From: the human T2T-CHM13v2.0 reference genome, Homo sapiens
Direction: 5' to 3' (one strand)
Length of the DNA stretch: 64,000 nt
Assembly: GCF_009914755.1 (NCBI RefSeq)
Contig: NC_060925.1
Within the stretch, counting starts at the first letter, position 1. Every line of letters starts with the position of its first letter. Shown here one piece after another: positions 30,189-44,817 of this stretch. Position numbers and translations under genes: made by a program. Below the pieces are notes generated by a model. The model saw only the letters and a list, made by a program, of their open reading frames with translations. It did not search any database and was not told where the DNA came from.

Positions 30189-31072
30189 GTTATAACCACA
30201 CTGTATTTTCTTAAAATAAATAACTTTTTCTCCCTCGAACCCCTAGATATTTAATTCAAATCTCAGCCCTACTTACCTCATATTGCAGTTATATGTTTAC
30301 TTGTGAGGTTTTTGTACTCAATCCTGAGCTCAAGCAGAGCAGGGGACATTTATTTGTCTTTGAATTCCTATCACCAACCATAGTATTTTATAGCAAGTAG
30401 GTGCTCCATAAAAGTGGAGAAGGAAAGTAGCAAAGAAGGGAGGGAGGGAAAACAACCATCTCATTTCATCAGGTGTCACTGAATTCCTGAACATCTGGAG
30501 TATAGTAGCTGCTTTGTGCATGAGGTCCTAAATCACACTCAAGTTAGTGATGTCTTTGAACAGCATGCAGTTGAGTGATGGGTTAGACATGGGTTAAATT
30601 TATGCACACGTTTAGAAAAGTGCATTCCATCAGAATGTCTGAATTTATCTAAATAAACGATTTAATCTTGGTTTATGATAAATATAATACTACTCTTTAA
30701 TTATTGTCTATTTGTGGTTTACACATATGAATCCCAGAGTATATCTTTCACTCGGTCTGTGTTGGTTATAAATTTAAGTCCAGGGACCTTAGATTCTACA
30801 TCTTACATGTCTCTCAAAGCATAGACCACAGAACAATTTATTAATAGAGACTTGTTCTCTGAATAAATGGCTGAATGATAAAATTAAATAAATATTCTAA
30901 AAAATTTAACAGTGTGGCAAGCCTAAATAGTGAGGTTAGGTTAGGTTGATTTTTTTTTAATGCACCATTAAGTAAACAACCTGATTCTTCATACACTAGA
31001 ATTCCAGTTACTCCATGCCTGGGTCTATATGTTAGGCTATTCTGTGGTATTGATGTAAAAGAAAATATTTAC

Positions 31073-31229
31073 CTGAAAAGACTTTTGCATCTGCAATACA
31101 AGGAGATGGAGTTATTGTACTGTACCCATAATTTCTGTGGTCATCCATGGCCAGGTACAAACATAAACCTTTTCTCTGTTTGAGCTTGTGACTCCTGGTT
31201 CCCAGGCATACCACTCCTTCCTGTCCTGG
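31073..31229 (-). pseudogene. CATSPERB-like candidate exon (PGQEGVVCLGTRSHKLKQRKGLCLYLAMDDHR...KVFS)
   Basis: Open frame (ORF 31032..31214), donor TCAG|gtaaat. C...LYLAMDD resembles CATSPERB ACS...KLYLFLEN. Exact acceptor uncertain (31220, 31229 or 31237). Confidence 0.5.
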
Positions 31230-31464
31230 CTGCCAAACTGTTATATGTGTGAGGGAATCAAATTCTGCTCAGCACTTTCTACAGTAGCATCCTGTTAGGT
31301 CCATGCCAAAATGTAAATTATTATCACCATTAAGCACATATTAAATGCTTCCTTATGTATGATGCGGGAGAATGGGTTTCATAGCTAGAGTCCTGGTCTT
31401 CTATGAGTTTATATATTCTTTTGAGCAAGGCAGTTGAAAACTGGACTGGAAATCTGGTGGTTAC

Positions 31465-31517
31465 CTGCATAAGGACATTTTTAGCAAGGGTGACAAGAGT
31501 AAAATTTGTCATTTTGT
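31465..31517 (-). pseudogene. CATSPERB-like candidate first coding exon (ATG at 31512; MTNFTLVTLAKNVLMQ)
   Basis: Acceptor ttttctgtag, ATG with A at -3, donor CAG|gtaacc, phase 0. Short hydrophobic N-terminus, signal-peptide-like. Confidence 0.45.
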
Positions 31518-32319
31518 CTACAGAAAACTTTTTTTGTGAAGCAGGAAGCAAATAATCAGGTCAAGTGTGTGAATTTTAAGGTAGTACTTGGGCGTATTGG
31601 AGCTATCTTATTTGTTCTCTACTGGGAAATTTGATCCAATGGGGAAGGATTAGGATGGGCTCAGGTCCAAGAATTACGGCTGCTATTTCCAATGCTTCCC
31701 GCAACTCAGCAACGCTGCCTTCACTATGCCTGGGGCAGGGCCAACCTCAGGGCAATGTGAGGCCACACTGAGTGTCCCTAGGTGGCCTTATGTATGAGAA
31801 AAAACTAGTTCTCCTGCAAACTAATGCATTTCTGTATTGTGCAACTCTTCAATAGACCAGGATCCCAGATGGATGACATGTGATGGAGACTTTGGGGAGA
31901 AAAGGGAAGCCAGCACGGGCAGAGTTGTTTTGAATTTTCTTCAACCCAGACTAGCTTCTCCAAAGTCACTCATTTGATTGAGTGTTTACTAAGCAGCTAC
32001 TATGTGCCAGGCACTATTCTAAATAATGGGAGTACTATGAAGCATAAAATAGACTCTTCCATGGGACTTATTTTTTGACGGAGGAGTTGTACACATATGG
32101 GCACCCTCTCAAAAAACCTATTGAGCTTCCCTAGTTTGCTGCAGCTGCCCAAGGATTTTCCTTCTAACTGGGCATTTTCTAGGCCAGAGAAATTCATTTA
32201 AGAGAGGACATAAGACATAAGCAAGAATGCTTATTACAACTTAACACAATCAAAGTCCTCATCTTGAAGAGTAAAATATTATGTCTGATATCCCTTTGTG
32301 ATAGGCAATGACTACAGAA

Positions 32320-32520
32320 AGAGGTAAGGCCTCAAAGTCAGACTCTTTAAGTTTGAATCCTGGCTCTTCCACTTACTAGCTACATGTTAGTAGGTAAGTT
32401 ACTTACACTATCTGCATCGCAACTTCATTTGTAAAATGGGCATAATGTTAACAGCCACCTCATAGAGTAACCATGAAAATTAAATGAGGTAAAGTACCTG
32501 GAATGTTGTACATGTTCCTG
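32320..32520 (+). mobile_element. MIR
   Basis: tttgaatcctggctcttccacttactagct...gtaaaatggg. Confidence 0.75.
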
Positions 32521-33293
32521 TTTATTTTTCAGTGTTAACTTATTATAAATATGCCAGTTTGGAATGTGCCTCAGCTGTCTTACTGGATGAGTACTTTCAG
32601 CTCTATTCTAACTTTCGCAGGGTAGAGGCCTTGTTTTGTATATCATTGTCTTTCCTATAGTAATTCTTCCAAGGGTTCTACACACAATAGGGGATCAGTC
32701 AGTGCTTGCTGATTTCTGCTAAGAAAATGAATTGAATGTCATTTATATGGCTTTGATGTTGCTGAGGTGAGCACACAGTATATATTAAGTCATCTTACCT
32801 TCCACCTTCTTCAATTCTGTCCAGAGTCCCTATATTCTTCCCTATCAGCCAGAGTCCAGGTCCTAGGTTTCTGCCTCCTCCCTTTCATTAAAAAAATACT
32901 CAATTAAACTCCAATGATCAAGTCTTGGGACAGTGCCCTTTGTCATATCTCTTTTATTCATTCTGCTACTTTTAGTCCACCAATAGCTTCCCTGTCTAGA
33001 ATCTTATCATCTTATGATAACAACTTTATCTTTGTTGGTAAAGTTGTTGCCCCTGACTCAGATTATGAATGCTGAATATTTGGTTTCCCCCCACTAACAA
33101 AGAGCAACCAGGAATCATTTTATTATCACATACCAAATATATGTTAATGGAAAGTTCCTACCACCTATGAATCCCAAGGAAGAGGAAGAAAGAAGGTGGG
33201 GATAGATACCTGAGAATTGTTTTGAAATGTGATCCTTTTCTCCCCTCTATAAGTGAGAAAAAGCACACTCAGCCTCTGGCTTGTTATCTAAAG

Positions 33294-33631
33294 CAGGGGT
33301 CCCCAACCCTCAGGCCATGGATGGGAACCGGTCCATGTCGTGTTAGGAACCAGGCTGCACAGCAGGAGGTGAGGGGCAGGTGAGTGAGCATTACCACCTG
33401 ATCTCCGCCTCCTGTCAATTCCGTGGCAGCATTAGTTTTTCAGAGGGGCCAAACCCTCTTGTGACCTGCGCATGCAAGGGATCTAGATTACGGGCCCCTT
33501 ATGAGAATCTAGCTAATGCCTGATAATCTGAAGCGAAACAGTTTCATCCTGAAGCTACTCCCCTCCTCCATCCATGGAAAAATTGTCTTCCGTGAAACTG
33601 GGCCTGGTGCCAAAATGGTTAGAGACAGCTA
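33294..33631 (+). mobile_element. MER1B (hAT-Charlie)
   Basis: caggggtccccaacc start; near-perfect 8-bp TSD atctaaag/atcttaag. Confidence 0.9.
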
Positions 33632-34101
33632 ATCTTAAGGGAGTGAATATACTGTCATACTAAGAAACCCTTCTCATGTGTGAAAGATATTACTTTGTAA
33701 GACGAAAAGAAGTTATAAAGCAAAAGCTGCCTAATACTGAATTGATCAGAGTTCAAGAAGACTCCCTTTGTCTTCCGTCTCTCAAAATATTCTGAAGCAC
33801 TTGCCCTCTTGCATTGGGAATAAGTGACTCTGACAAAGTTTTTTTTCTCATAGCTGAATCCATATCAACATATATTTATCAATTCATTCCATTTTATTTT
33901 ATAGGCATGCTGCCTCCGTAATTGATTACAGTAAGAAACACCTAGAAAACTTTAAAAACAAAATATATCCTGAACTTCTGGAAAATATGAAATAACAGGG
34001 AGTGGATTTATCCTCCTGAATGAAACAAGTAAAAAGTGAAAAAATATATGAAACAGTGTCATTCAAAAAAATGGTCTCAGATAATGAAGGATCATGATAA
34101 C

Positions 34102-34477
34102 TGTTAAGAGAAAAAAGCTTTAGACTTACTAAATTTAGCAAAGTTTATTTGTGCAAATAATGATTCATGAAACAGGCAGCACGTTTAACCAGGAGAGATT
34201 CAGAGCTCTTCACCCAGCAAGGGGGGCAGGTGGTATTTTCAGATAGAAAAAAGGACTTACCAAAACAACTTGATTGGTTACAGCTCAGCATTTGCCTTAT
34301 ATGGACATGGTCTGCTCAGTCAGCAGCCTGCGATTGGCTGAAACTCAGTTACTTGTTATAAGAACACATTCTTAAGTTAGGTTGCAGTTTGTTTATATAC
34401 TAAGTTAGGTTGTAGTTCACTATGTACGAATTCAAAGTATAGAGGCATCTTTAAGACAAATTCAATTTAATTAAACA
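34102..34477 (-). mobile_element. ERV1 solo LTR (MER93/MER57-like)
   Basis: TG...CA ends; same family motifs as 20346-20785. Confidence 0.75.
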
Positions 34478-34941
34478 CAACTAAGATGGGAAACAAGTGA
34501 GAGAAACCAAATGACCACTCTGGCTTGCTGACTGGGTAACTTTAGGAAATGACACAGACAAGGGGAACCTAGACAGAGCTCTGCATTCTCTTTGATTAAA
34601 GTCTTAGAGCTGAAACTTCAGGGATGTCAACAAAGCTATAGTTTACAGTGAGAAATACAGTACAGGAGAGAGCTTCAGGGAAGGAGAACCCCAGAGATCT
34701 GTAGAGGGTATTCCAGGAGAACTCTGCTGAATACTGACCTGAACATGAATATAAAGAAACTACCCATGGCTAGAAAAAGAGTCATTGCAAAAGATTAGAA
34801 GAAATAGTGCCTAAGCTCACATAGGGCTGGATATATTGTCCCTAATAATTAAAGGAAAGCATACTTTAGGAATAATTAGTTAAAGTACTAACAATGATCT
34901 TACCTCAGTAGTGAGAAAAATTAACCTTAAACTAAAATGCA

Positions 34942-35256
34942 GGCCAAGTGTGGTGGCTCACGCCTGTAATCCCAGCACTTTGAGAGGCTGAGGCAGGCGA
35001 ATCATGAGGTCAGGAGTTTGAGACCAGCCTTACCAACATGGTGAAACCCTGTCTCTACTAAAAAAAAAATTACAAGAATTAGCTGGGTGTGGTGGCAGGC
35101 ACCTGTAGTCCCAGCTACTTGGGATGCTGAGGCAGGAGAATCGCTTGAACCCGGGAGGCGAGGTTGCAATAAGCCGAGATCGCGCCACTGCATTCCAGCC
35201 TGGGCGATTCAGTGACACAGTGAGACTCTGTCTCAAAAAAAAAAAGAAAAGAAAAA
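34942..35256 (+). mobile_element. AluSg-type
   Basis: Full dimer with A-rich tail. Confidence 0.95.
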
Positions 35257-36846
35257 TAGATCAATTGTCACTGACCCATAAATGACACAGATGATAGAAT
35301 CAGAAGACAAGAATATTAAAGAGTTGTAATTTATTCCATATGTTCAAGAAGTTACAAAAAAAGATTAAACATGTTAACTAGCTACATGGAAGATATACAA
35401 AAGACCTTAATAGAACTATTAGAGACAAAAATTACAATGTCTGATAAAACACAGTGGATGGAAATAATAGCAGATTAGTTATTGCAAAAGAGAAGATTAG
35501 TGAACTTAAAGACATAGGAATAATAATTTCCCAAAATGTGACACATTGAAAAAAGTGAACAAACTTCAGTTAACTTAGGATAATTTTAAGCAGCCAAATA
35601 GATGTATAATTGGAGTCTATGAAGGAAAAGATTGGGTGATATATTTGTAGAATAAAGGGCTAAACTATGAATCCACATATCTTAAAAGTTCAATAACCCT
35701 TGAGTAAAGAAATAGGAAAAAGGTACAAAAAAGAAAATCTTTATTGAATTACTTAAAACAAGTGATAAAGTGAAAAAGTCTAAAGCAGCTAGAGAAAAAA
35801 AGATACGTGAACAGGAGAATAAGGATAAGGATGACAGCCGATTTTTGTCAGTAGTCATGCAAACGAGAGCAGAACAATATTTTTTAACTATTAAGGGGAA
35901 ACAATCTTGTTAAACTAGAACTTTTACCTAGAAAAAAATACATTTCAAAATAAAGGTAAAGACCTTTTCCATGCATAGACAAGCTGAAAGAATAAATCAC
36001 CAGCAAACTTGCACCGCAAAAAAATGTTAAAGAAAGTCCATGGGGCAGAATGAAAATGATACCATAGGAAAATCTGGAGCTACACAAAGAAATTAAGAAC
36101 ATTGAAAATGGTAACTACATGGGAAAGTAGAAGGTATTTTTCTTGTCATTTAAATTTCTTCAAAAGAGAATCAAATATTTAGAGGAAAAACGGTAACAAT
36201 ATATTGTAGGATTATAACACATGTAGAGTGGATGGGATGACCACCATAATTCAAAGTGAAGAAATGAAAGTATACCGTTTTAGGTTTTTATACTTTATAT
36301 GATGTGATATTATTTGGTTGTATATCATGAGAAGTTAAATTATGTATTCTTTAAACCCTAAAGCAATCACCAAAATAACATAATACAACAATTAGTTGTA
36401 GCTAATGAACCCACAAATAAGAAAAAATTAATTATAAAAATACACAAGCAAGAAGGGTCAAGGGACCAATAATTGTGATGATTGCACAATGATGTGAATA
36501 TACTTAATGTCACTGAACTATATCTATATCTATATAAAATATATAATAAATAGTTAAAATGATAAATTTTATGTTACATATATTTTACCATAATGAAAAA
36601 TATTCAATCAAAACAAGGCAGAAAAAGAGGACAGAACAACCCAAACTGAATGGACAAATAGAAAACAAATAGAAGGGAATAGATTTAAAGCCAACCATAT
36701 CAATAACTACATTTAACAGAAAAGATTTAAATATATGGATTTTTTAAAAATGATTGTAAAAATAGATAAAAATCAAGACCTAACCTTATTTTTGCCAACA
36801 AAAACCAACTTTGAATATAAAGATTAAAAAAAGATAAAAATAACTA

Positions 36847-37041
<195 letters not shown>

Positions 37042-37302
37042 TTAATATCAGAAAAAGTAGATTTCAGAGTAAAGCATAAAACCAGGGATAAAGTGGATCA
37101 ATTCAGGAGAAGGACATCAACATCCTAAATATTTACACACCTGCTAACACAATATCAAAGTAAATAAAACAAAAGCTAATAGAATTAAAATAAGTAGACA
37201 AATCTACAATTGCAGTCGAAGATTTCAACATTCCTCTCTCAATAATTGTTTGAACAAGATGGAAAATTAGTACAGATACTGAAGACTTGAAAAACACTTT
37301 AA

Positions 37303-37728
<426 letters not shown>

Positions 37729-38221
37729 TCATGAAGATTTTTATAAATGATATGAAAACTTTATCCTGGTCAATAAATCAAGTCACAACTAATACAAACA
37801 GATTCAAGTCATGCAAATTGTATTATTTAACAATAATGAAATTAAATTATGAGCAAATAGTGAAAGGCTATCAAGTAGATCTCTAAATATGGGGAAATTA
37901 AATAAATAGTACTAAAAGAAGAAAAAAATATAATCCTCTCAATAGATGCAGAAAAAGTATTTGACAAAATCTAACATGTTTTCATGATTTAAAAAAGAAA
38001 AAAACAAAACTTCTCAACAAACTGAGAATAGAAGGGAATTTCTGTTCTTGAAGGGATACCCGATAATGGTCCCTATGAAAATGTGTAGCTGAAATGAAAT
38101 CATACCTAATGGTGAAAGAAAACAAAGCAAGGATGTTTGCTATCACCATCTATGTTTAATATTACATTGGAGGTGACAGCTGGTATAGTAAGGCAAATAG
38201 CAAAAATTAAAAGTACATAGA

Positions 38222-38420
38222 GTATATTTTTAAAAAACTAAAAGAGTATAATTGGATTGTTTGCAACACAAAGAAAGCATAAATGCTTGAGGGGATGTAT
38301 ACCCCATTAATCCTGATGTAATTATTACACTTTTTATGCCTATGTCACACCATCTCATGTACTTCATAAATATATAGATATATGCCCTATGTACCCACAA
38401 AAATTAAAAATAAAAAAATG
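38222..38420 (+). mobile_element. L1MA 3' end
   Basis: gattgtttgcaacacaaag...ataaatgcttgagggga...tatgtacccacaaaaatt. Confidence 0.8.
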
Positions 38421-40524
38421 AAATAAGTAGATGGACAGGAGAGAAAAAAACAAAAGTTTTTATTTGAAGACATGATCATATATATATAGAAAATCTCATG
38501 GAATCTACAGGAAAAGTTACAGTAAGTAACATATGAGTTTTATAAGGTTGCAAGATATAAGACCAATATACAAAAAGAACAATTCTATTTCAATATAGTA
38601 GCAACAAAAACTGAAATTAATAAAATAATATATTTACAACATCATAAAATACAGAATACTTATGGATGATCTGATAAAATACATGCACATGACACGGAAA
38701 TCTATAAAATTATTGAGAGAAATTTAAAAGACCTAAATAGATGGAAAGATGTACCATGCTATGCTTATAGATCAGACTGTAAATTTTTCTAGAATTCATC
38801 ACAATCCAGTCAAAATCCAAATGAGCTTTTGCAGAAATTAATAAACTGTTTCTAAAATGTATATAAAAATGCAAGAGATCTAGTATAAACAAAATTTGAC
38901 AAAGAATAACAAAGTTGGAGGACTAACACTTTTTAATTTCATGATCTATTATACAGCTACAGAAATCAAAACAGTATGGTAATGGCATCAAAATAGACAG
39001 ATTAATGCAATGAAATAGACCTACACATTGATCTTCAATCCATTTTTGACAAAGATCCACAGGCAATCTTGTGAAGAGAAGATAGTCATTTTAACAAATA
39101 GTGCTGAAAAAATTGGATATCCATATGCAAAAATATGAACTTCAGTTCATACCATGCACCACATACAGAAACCAATCCAAAAAGGATAATAAACTTAAAG
39201 GTACAACTTAAAACTGTAAAAGTCTTAAAACTTAAGACTTCTAGAAGAAAACATAGGAATAAATATTTGTGATTGTGAGTTCAAAAACAGTTTTTTAAAT
39301 ATAATAACAATAGCACAATCCACAAAATTAAAAATTGATAAACATAGTTAGGAATTTTTGCTCTTTAAAAGATACTGCTAAGAGAGGAGCCATACCTTCA
39401 GTTTTTGACTTGGCTTTCAAATCACAAGCCCTGCCCCTTCCCCATCATGTGGGCGGAAATTAGTTCTCAGGCCCTGCTGCCTAGCTTAGTTTCTTCTCTG
39501 CCTCAGATTCAACATCTGTAAAATGAGAATTACATTGTTAGGAGGGGTTAGGAGTATTAAATGTAAAATGTGTAGAACAGGACAGGACCCTGATACTGTT
39601 TCCTCATCCCTGTCCCCCATTCTGGATTTAAGGGTGCCCAGAAAATGATTTGCTTTCTTCCAAAGAGCTTTTAAAAATAAGTTCCTGTGACTTCTTCAAG
39701 TGTGTTAAAAAAAAAGAAAAAGAAAAAGAATATTGGATGACACTCAGTAGCCAGTGTTCCTGTCACTGTTATCTGCTTATGAAGAGGAAATATGCCAAAG
39801 TGCCGGCCCACCTGCCTTCCTCTTTTACCCCACTTCCACCCTACCTACTGTTAACATACCCCAGGCCACAGTCTCTTATTCACAAGTCAGAGTACAAAAA
39901 TCTGAAAGCCAAAAGTATTTTATTCAAATTTGGTGGCAAGATCTAACACTAGGCTTTTCATAATCTTTATTTTTCACGCTTAATATGTATACAATTTACT
40001 GCTGATTGATATATTAATGGTTGATTATGGGGAGCTGTCCTAGATTCTAAGGGGATGGGATTTCATATGCAAATGTGAACAAAGAAAGTTAGTTAGGGCT
40101 TCTAAATTGTTAAAAAAACAATTTGTGGCATTATTCTACATAAGCATTTCTAATACTATAGGTTTTATTTTGTAACTCAACTTTAAGCTTTCTTTAACTA
40201 AAACTCATCTCTGAAAGTTTGTTGTATGCTTTCCGGTCCTTAATAGTTGCCAAAGCAAAGGGTTTGCAGTCTCTTTTAAATGTATGACAGCAATCCATAG
40301 TAAGAAGTACGGTTTTCTTTATTGGGATCAAGTCCACCCATTTGACTCTGTATGTGAAATAAAAGTTTAATGAATGAATATTCCTTTGTGCAAAGTGCTC
40401 TGAGGTTTCCTAATTTATTTTAACAAAGACAGCTAGCCCCATACTATAAAAATGATTATGGAACCTGCATTTTGAAAAATATTGTTGTTTTTGTAATTGC
40501 TAAATCTGGTTTTCATTATATCAA

Positions 40525-40640
40525 AATTTTTCTTTTTTTAACTTTTTCAGGTTCTGGGGTACATGTGAAGGTTTGTGACATAGGTAAAGATGTGTCATGA
40601 GGGTTTCTTGTACAGACTATTTTATCACCCAGGTATTATT
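40525..40640 (-). mobile_element. L1PA 3' terminal fragment
   Basis: ggggtacatgtgaaggtttgt...atcacccaggtatta. Confidence 0.8.
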
Positions 40641-41429
40641 CTATGTGTAAGTTTGAAATTTTTCATTATAAAAAGTTAAAAAGAACAAGAAAAGAGTCAA
40701 GCCACAGACCAAGAGAAAATATTTTCTGATTACCTGCCTGATAAAGGACTTGTGCTGCAAGGTTTGTAAAGAAATATCAAGACTCTATAACAAGAAAATT
40801 AGCAATCAAATAAGAGAAAAGATTTGAACCACACTTCATTAGACAAAATATACAGATGGAAAATAAACACACAAAAAGTTGCTCAACATGAATAGACATT
40901 GGGGAAATGCAAATTAAAATCACAATGAGAAATTGCTTCACACCTATTATATTGTCCAAAATTGGTGAGAATGTGGAGGAACTGGATCTCTCTTACACTG
41001 CTTGTAGGTATGTAAATGGCTACAATGAGTTTGGAAAACAGTTTGCTTATTAAAAAGTTAAACATACATCAGATGTATGATACAACTATTCCACTCTTAG
41101 ATATTTACCTAAGTTAAATATCCATATCCATGTAATACTTGTACCAAAGTTTCATAATAGCTTTATTTGAAATACAGAAGTGGAAAAACCCAAATGAGGG
41201 TGATTGATGTTTGTTATCTTGATTATGATGTTGGTTTCACAGCTGTATTCATTTGTAAAAGCTTATTAGACTGTGTACTTTACATTTCAGTTTATTATAT
41301 GTCAATTACAGCTCAACAAAATTATTAAACAATTATTCCTGTGACACATTCATAGGATTAGTAACTTTTGGTAACTTCTGAATTAGACCTCTCTGGACTG
41401 TCATGACCTCATTGGCTATCCTCTGAGCT

Positions 41430-42150
41430 ATTATTCAACTCAAATTATGTCAAGAACTATGCATGGCATTAAAGAAAAGTATGATAAATACATGCAAAGT
41501 TGATAGAGGAATACAGGAAAGGAATGCTTTGGCCAAACTTGGCAGGTCAGTAACATCTTCCTAGTATGGAAAACTCTAAACTGAGAGCTAATGGAGTCAG
41601 TCAGACAACTATTGGCGAGATTAGAGAGGCGTTTACATGCAAAGGGAACAATGTGTATAAATGATCAGTGGCAAAAGAGAGAATGGGACCTGGGGGAATA
41701 CAGTGATTCAACATGACTGAGAGAATGAGTGTCAGGGAGTGCGGGCAGGTAAAAGAGGTCAGATCATGAAAGACCCCATGCCATCCTAAGGAGTTTCTGT
41801 CTGCCACCAAGAGTAATAGACTGCACAGAAGGGTTTTTATTAGGGATAAAGTGTGTGAGATGTTGTAGAAAAAAAAAACAACAACAACACTCTTCAGTGA
41901 CTAGGATTGAAGGCAAGACTAGATGTAGGAAGTGCAGCTAGGAGAGTTAAACAATGAATCATCAAATTAAAGGGTGATAGGAGCCTGAACCGAGATAGTG
42001 AATGTGGGATTTGAAATATGGATAATTTGAGAGTTATTTCTTGGTTTCTGTTGTGAGAATACAAGAGGAGAGTAGTTGAATGGATAGGTTCAGTTCTGAA
42101 CACTTTGAGATGCCTGCAGAACTCCAAGAAGATGTGTGACACAGGGAAGC
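41430..42150 (-). mobile_element. L2
   Basis: Purine-rich L2 antisense motifs (aggtcagatcatgaaag...tttgagatgcctg). Confidence 0.65.
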
Positions 42151-44817
42151 TGCTTCAAAAGTATCTATGACTTTTTTCCTCAAACAGAGTCTGATACAAA
42201 TAAAACTACATTAATGCTATTTCTTATTAATGTAAACCAGTAATATGTATAACAGGCTTTACTTATTTTCTTCATTTTACTATAAATCTGAAACATCTCA
42301 AAATTTAAAGAAATGAAAAGATACACGATACAGAGTATGGTAAATTTGAAGTCACTCTTCTATAATTTAACTAAAAACTGGATAAACTGAAAAGCTAGCC
42401 TTTTAAGACCGAACTCACAAAATAGAGAAATGTTCAAGCCCTATTTCAAAAATGAATTTAAAATTTAATCCTGAAATGAATCTAAGACCTCTTTGTTATT
42501 TATTTAGTGGCCCTCAAAAGGGACTAAAGTGGTTGGCAGATATAAACTCAAATCGTTTCTAGAGGAAATCAACCCCAATTTAGGGCCTCAGGATTCTCAT
42601 AGATCAAATTTAATAAAATAAGAGCTTACATACCCACACACACATACACAACAAGGAAAAAGACACCACAAATGACAGCAAAAACAATAACCAATTTAGA
42701 TCCCCAAGTACTTCATATATTAGAATTATCAGGTAAAGAATATTTATGCTTAAAATGTTAAATGAAATAAATTATTACATTTTGTAAAAATGAGTAAAGA
42801 ACAAAAGTCTATCAAATGCAATCCTGCAGATTTGAATAAGAACCCTGCCAGAAGAACATTTCTATGAAAAGAAAAATATTGTCATTGAAATTTAAAAGTC
42901 AGTGAATGAGGTAAATAGCATAGCAGATATAGCTAAAGAGAGATCTGGTAAGCTGTGACACAGAGCTGAATAAATTATCCCAAATAAAACAGAAATACTG
43001 AGACAGAAAGTATGAACAGAATGAGAGGATATCCCCACCAGATATTAAAATGTACTACAAATCTCCCATAATTAAAACAGTTTAGTACTGATGCATGAAT
43101 AGACCAAAAGAATAGAAGTTTAGAAATGAACCAAAAACATTAAAATCTGATGTATTATAAAGGTGGCATCTCAATTACTGGAGCAAAGATGGTGTGGTAT
43201 CACATATATCTAATCAAAAACAGGGAACCCAAAGAATAAAGAAGAGGCAAAAGAGATGATGACTGAGAATTATCCAAAACTGATTAAATACATGAATAAG
43301 CAGACTGAATGAACACAATGTATAACAAGCAGCATATAAAAAGAAATGTATCTAATACATCATAGGGAAACTAGAGAACACTGAAGAAAATAGAAGCACA
43401 GATTGCTTCCCCCGTAAAAATTTCAGGTAGCCTAATAGCAGACATATCCATAGCAATAATAGAAGCCAAATAGTCTCTTCTGCTGAGAGAAAATGACTGT
43501 CAATTAGAATTACATACTGAACAAAATTATCCTTTAAGAGTGAGACAGTGTAAGTTAAATACTTAGAAAAAATCAATTAGGTGACTGTGTAAAGAATATA
43601 GTTAATAAAAAGGGAATGGCTTCAGAAGGAATATTATTCTAATAGGAATGATGAGAAAATGACTAGTAAATAACTATAAAAATATAAAGAGGCAATTATA
43701 ACATAATAAAACAAAAATGTCTAATCTATGGGTTGATTTTTAAAAAATGACAGAATTCAAGTATTAGACAGGAGGAGCTTAAACACCAAGAAGGAATGCC
43801 TGGATTTAAACTGTTCAAAGCCTTTTATTTTGTTGAAAAGGAACTATTTTGATTAACTATAGACTTTAAAAATTGAGATGCATAGTAAAATTTTAAGTAA
43901 TCATAAAAATGCATATATAGTGAAATTTACCAGATCATTTAGAAAGTTTTCAGGGAAAAAGAATGAATTGTCTCAAAATGCTGAGTAATTGGAGTAGATG
44001 GGCATTACCAGATGTTATGGATGTCATAGCATATCATAAATCACCAGTTACTTAGTATGGTATCAGTAAAACATATTCTAATATGAAAAAAGGGAATAAA
44101 AGAGTTACTTAACAAATAACTCTAGAGGCATTTCCACTAAGTCAGGAACAGGAAAGTATGCCCACTGTTTCTAGTAAAATTTAACATTAATCTGGAATTA
44201 CTGCCCAAGGCAATTAAATAAGATAAAACAACTAAGAGCATAAGAATAGGAGAAAAAAAATCTCTATTTAGAGATAGCAAGATAATATATCTGGAAAACC
44301 CTAGAGAATTAATGACTAAATGAATACAGCAATTAAAGAATTCAACAAAACCATCAATTTCATTAAAATTAACATGCAAAGATAAATCGTACAATAATCA
44401 ACAATAGATTAAAAAAACCATTTACATAGGAACAAAAGATAAAAATCATAAGAATAAACTTAACAGAAAACTTTTAAAATCTATATGAGAAAAAGCTCTA
44501 ATACTCTCCTAAGAGACACAAAGTAGCTATGAATAACATGAAGGATATCTCCTGCTGATTAGTAAAGTTTAGCATTAACAAGATGTCAGTTCTTACAAGT
44601 TAGCTTACAAATTTAACACGATTCTAGTAAAAATGCCAATGAGATTTTTTTTATGAAGATAAACAAGTTGATGTAGTACATATGGAAAAATCAACATATA
44701 AGAATATCTAGAAAAACACTGAAAAAAGACAGGAGACTATCCCCACCAGACAGAAAAATATACTACAAATTTCCTATAATTAAACAGTGTGGTACTGATG
44801 CATGAGTAGACAGACTG

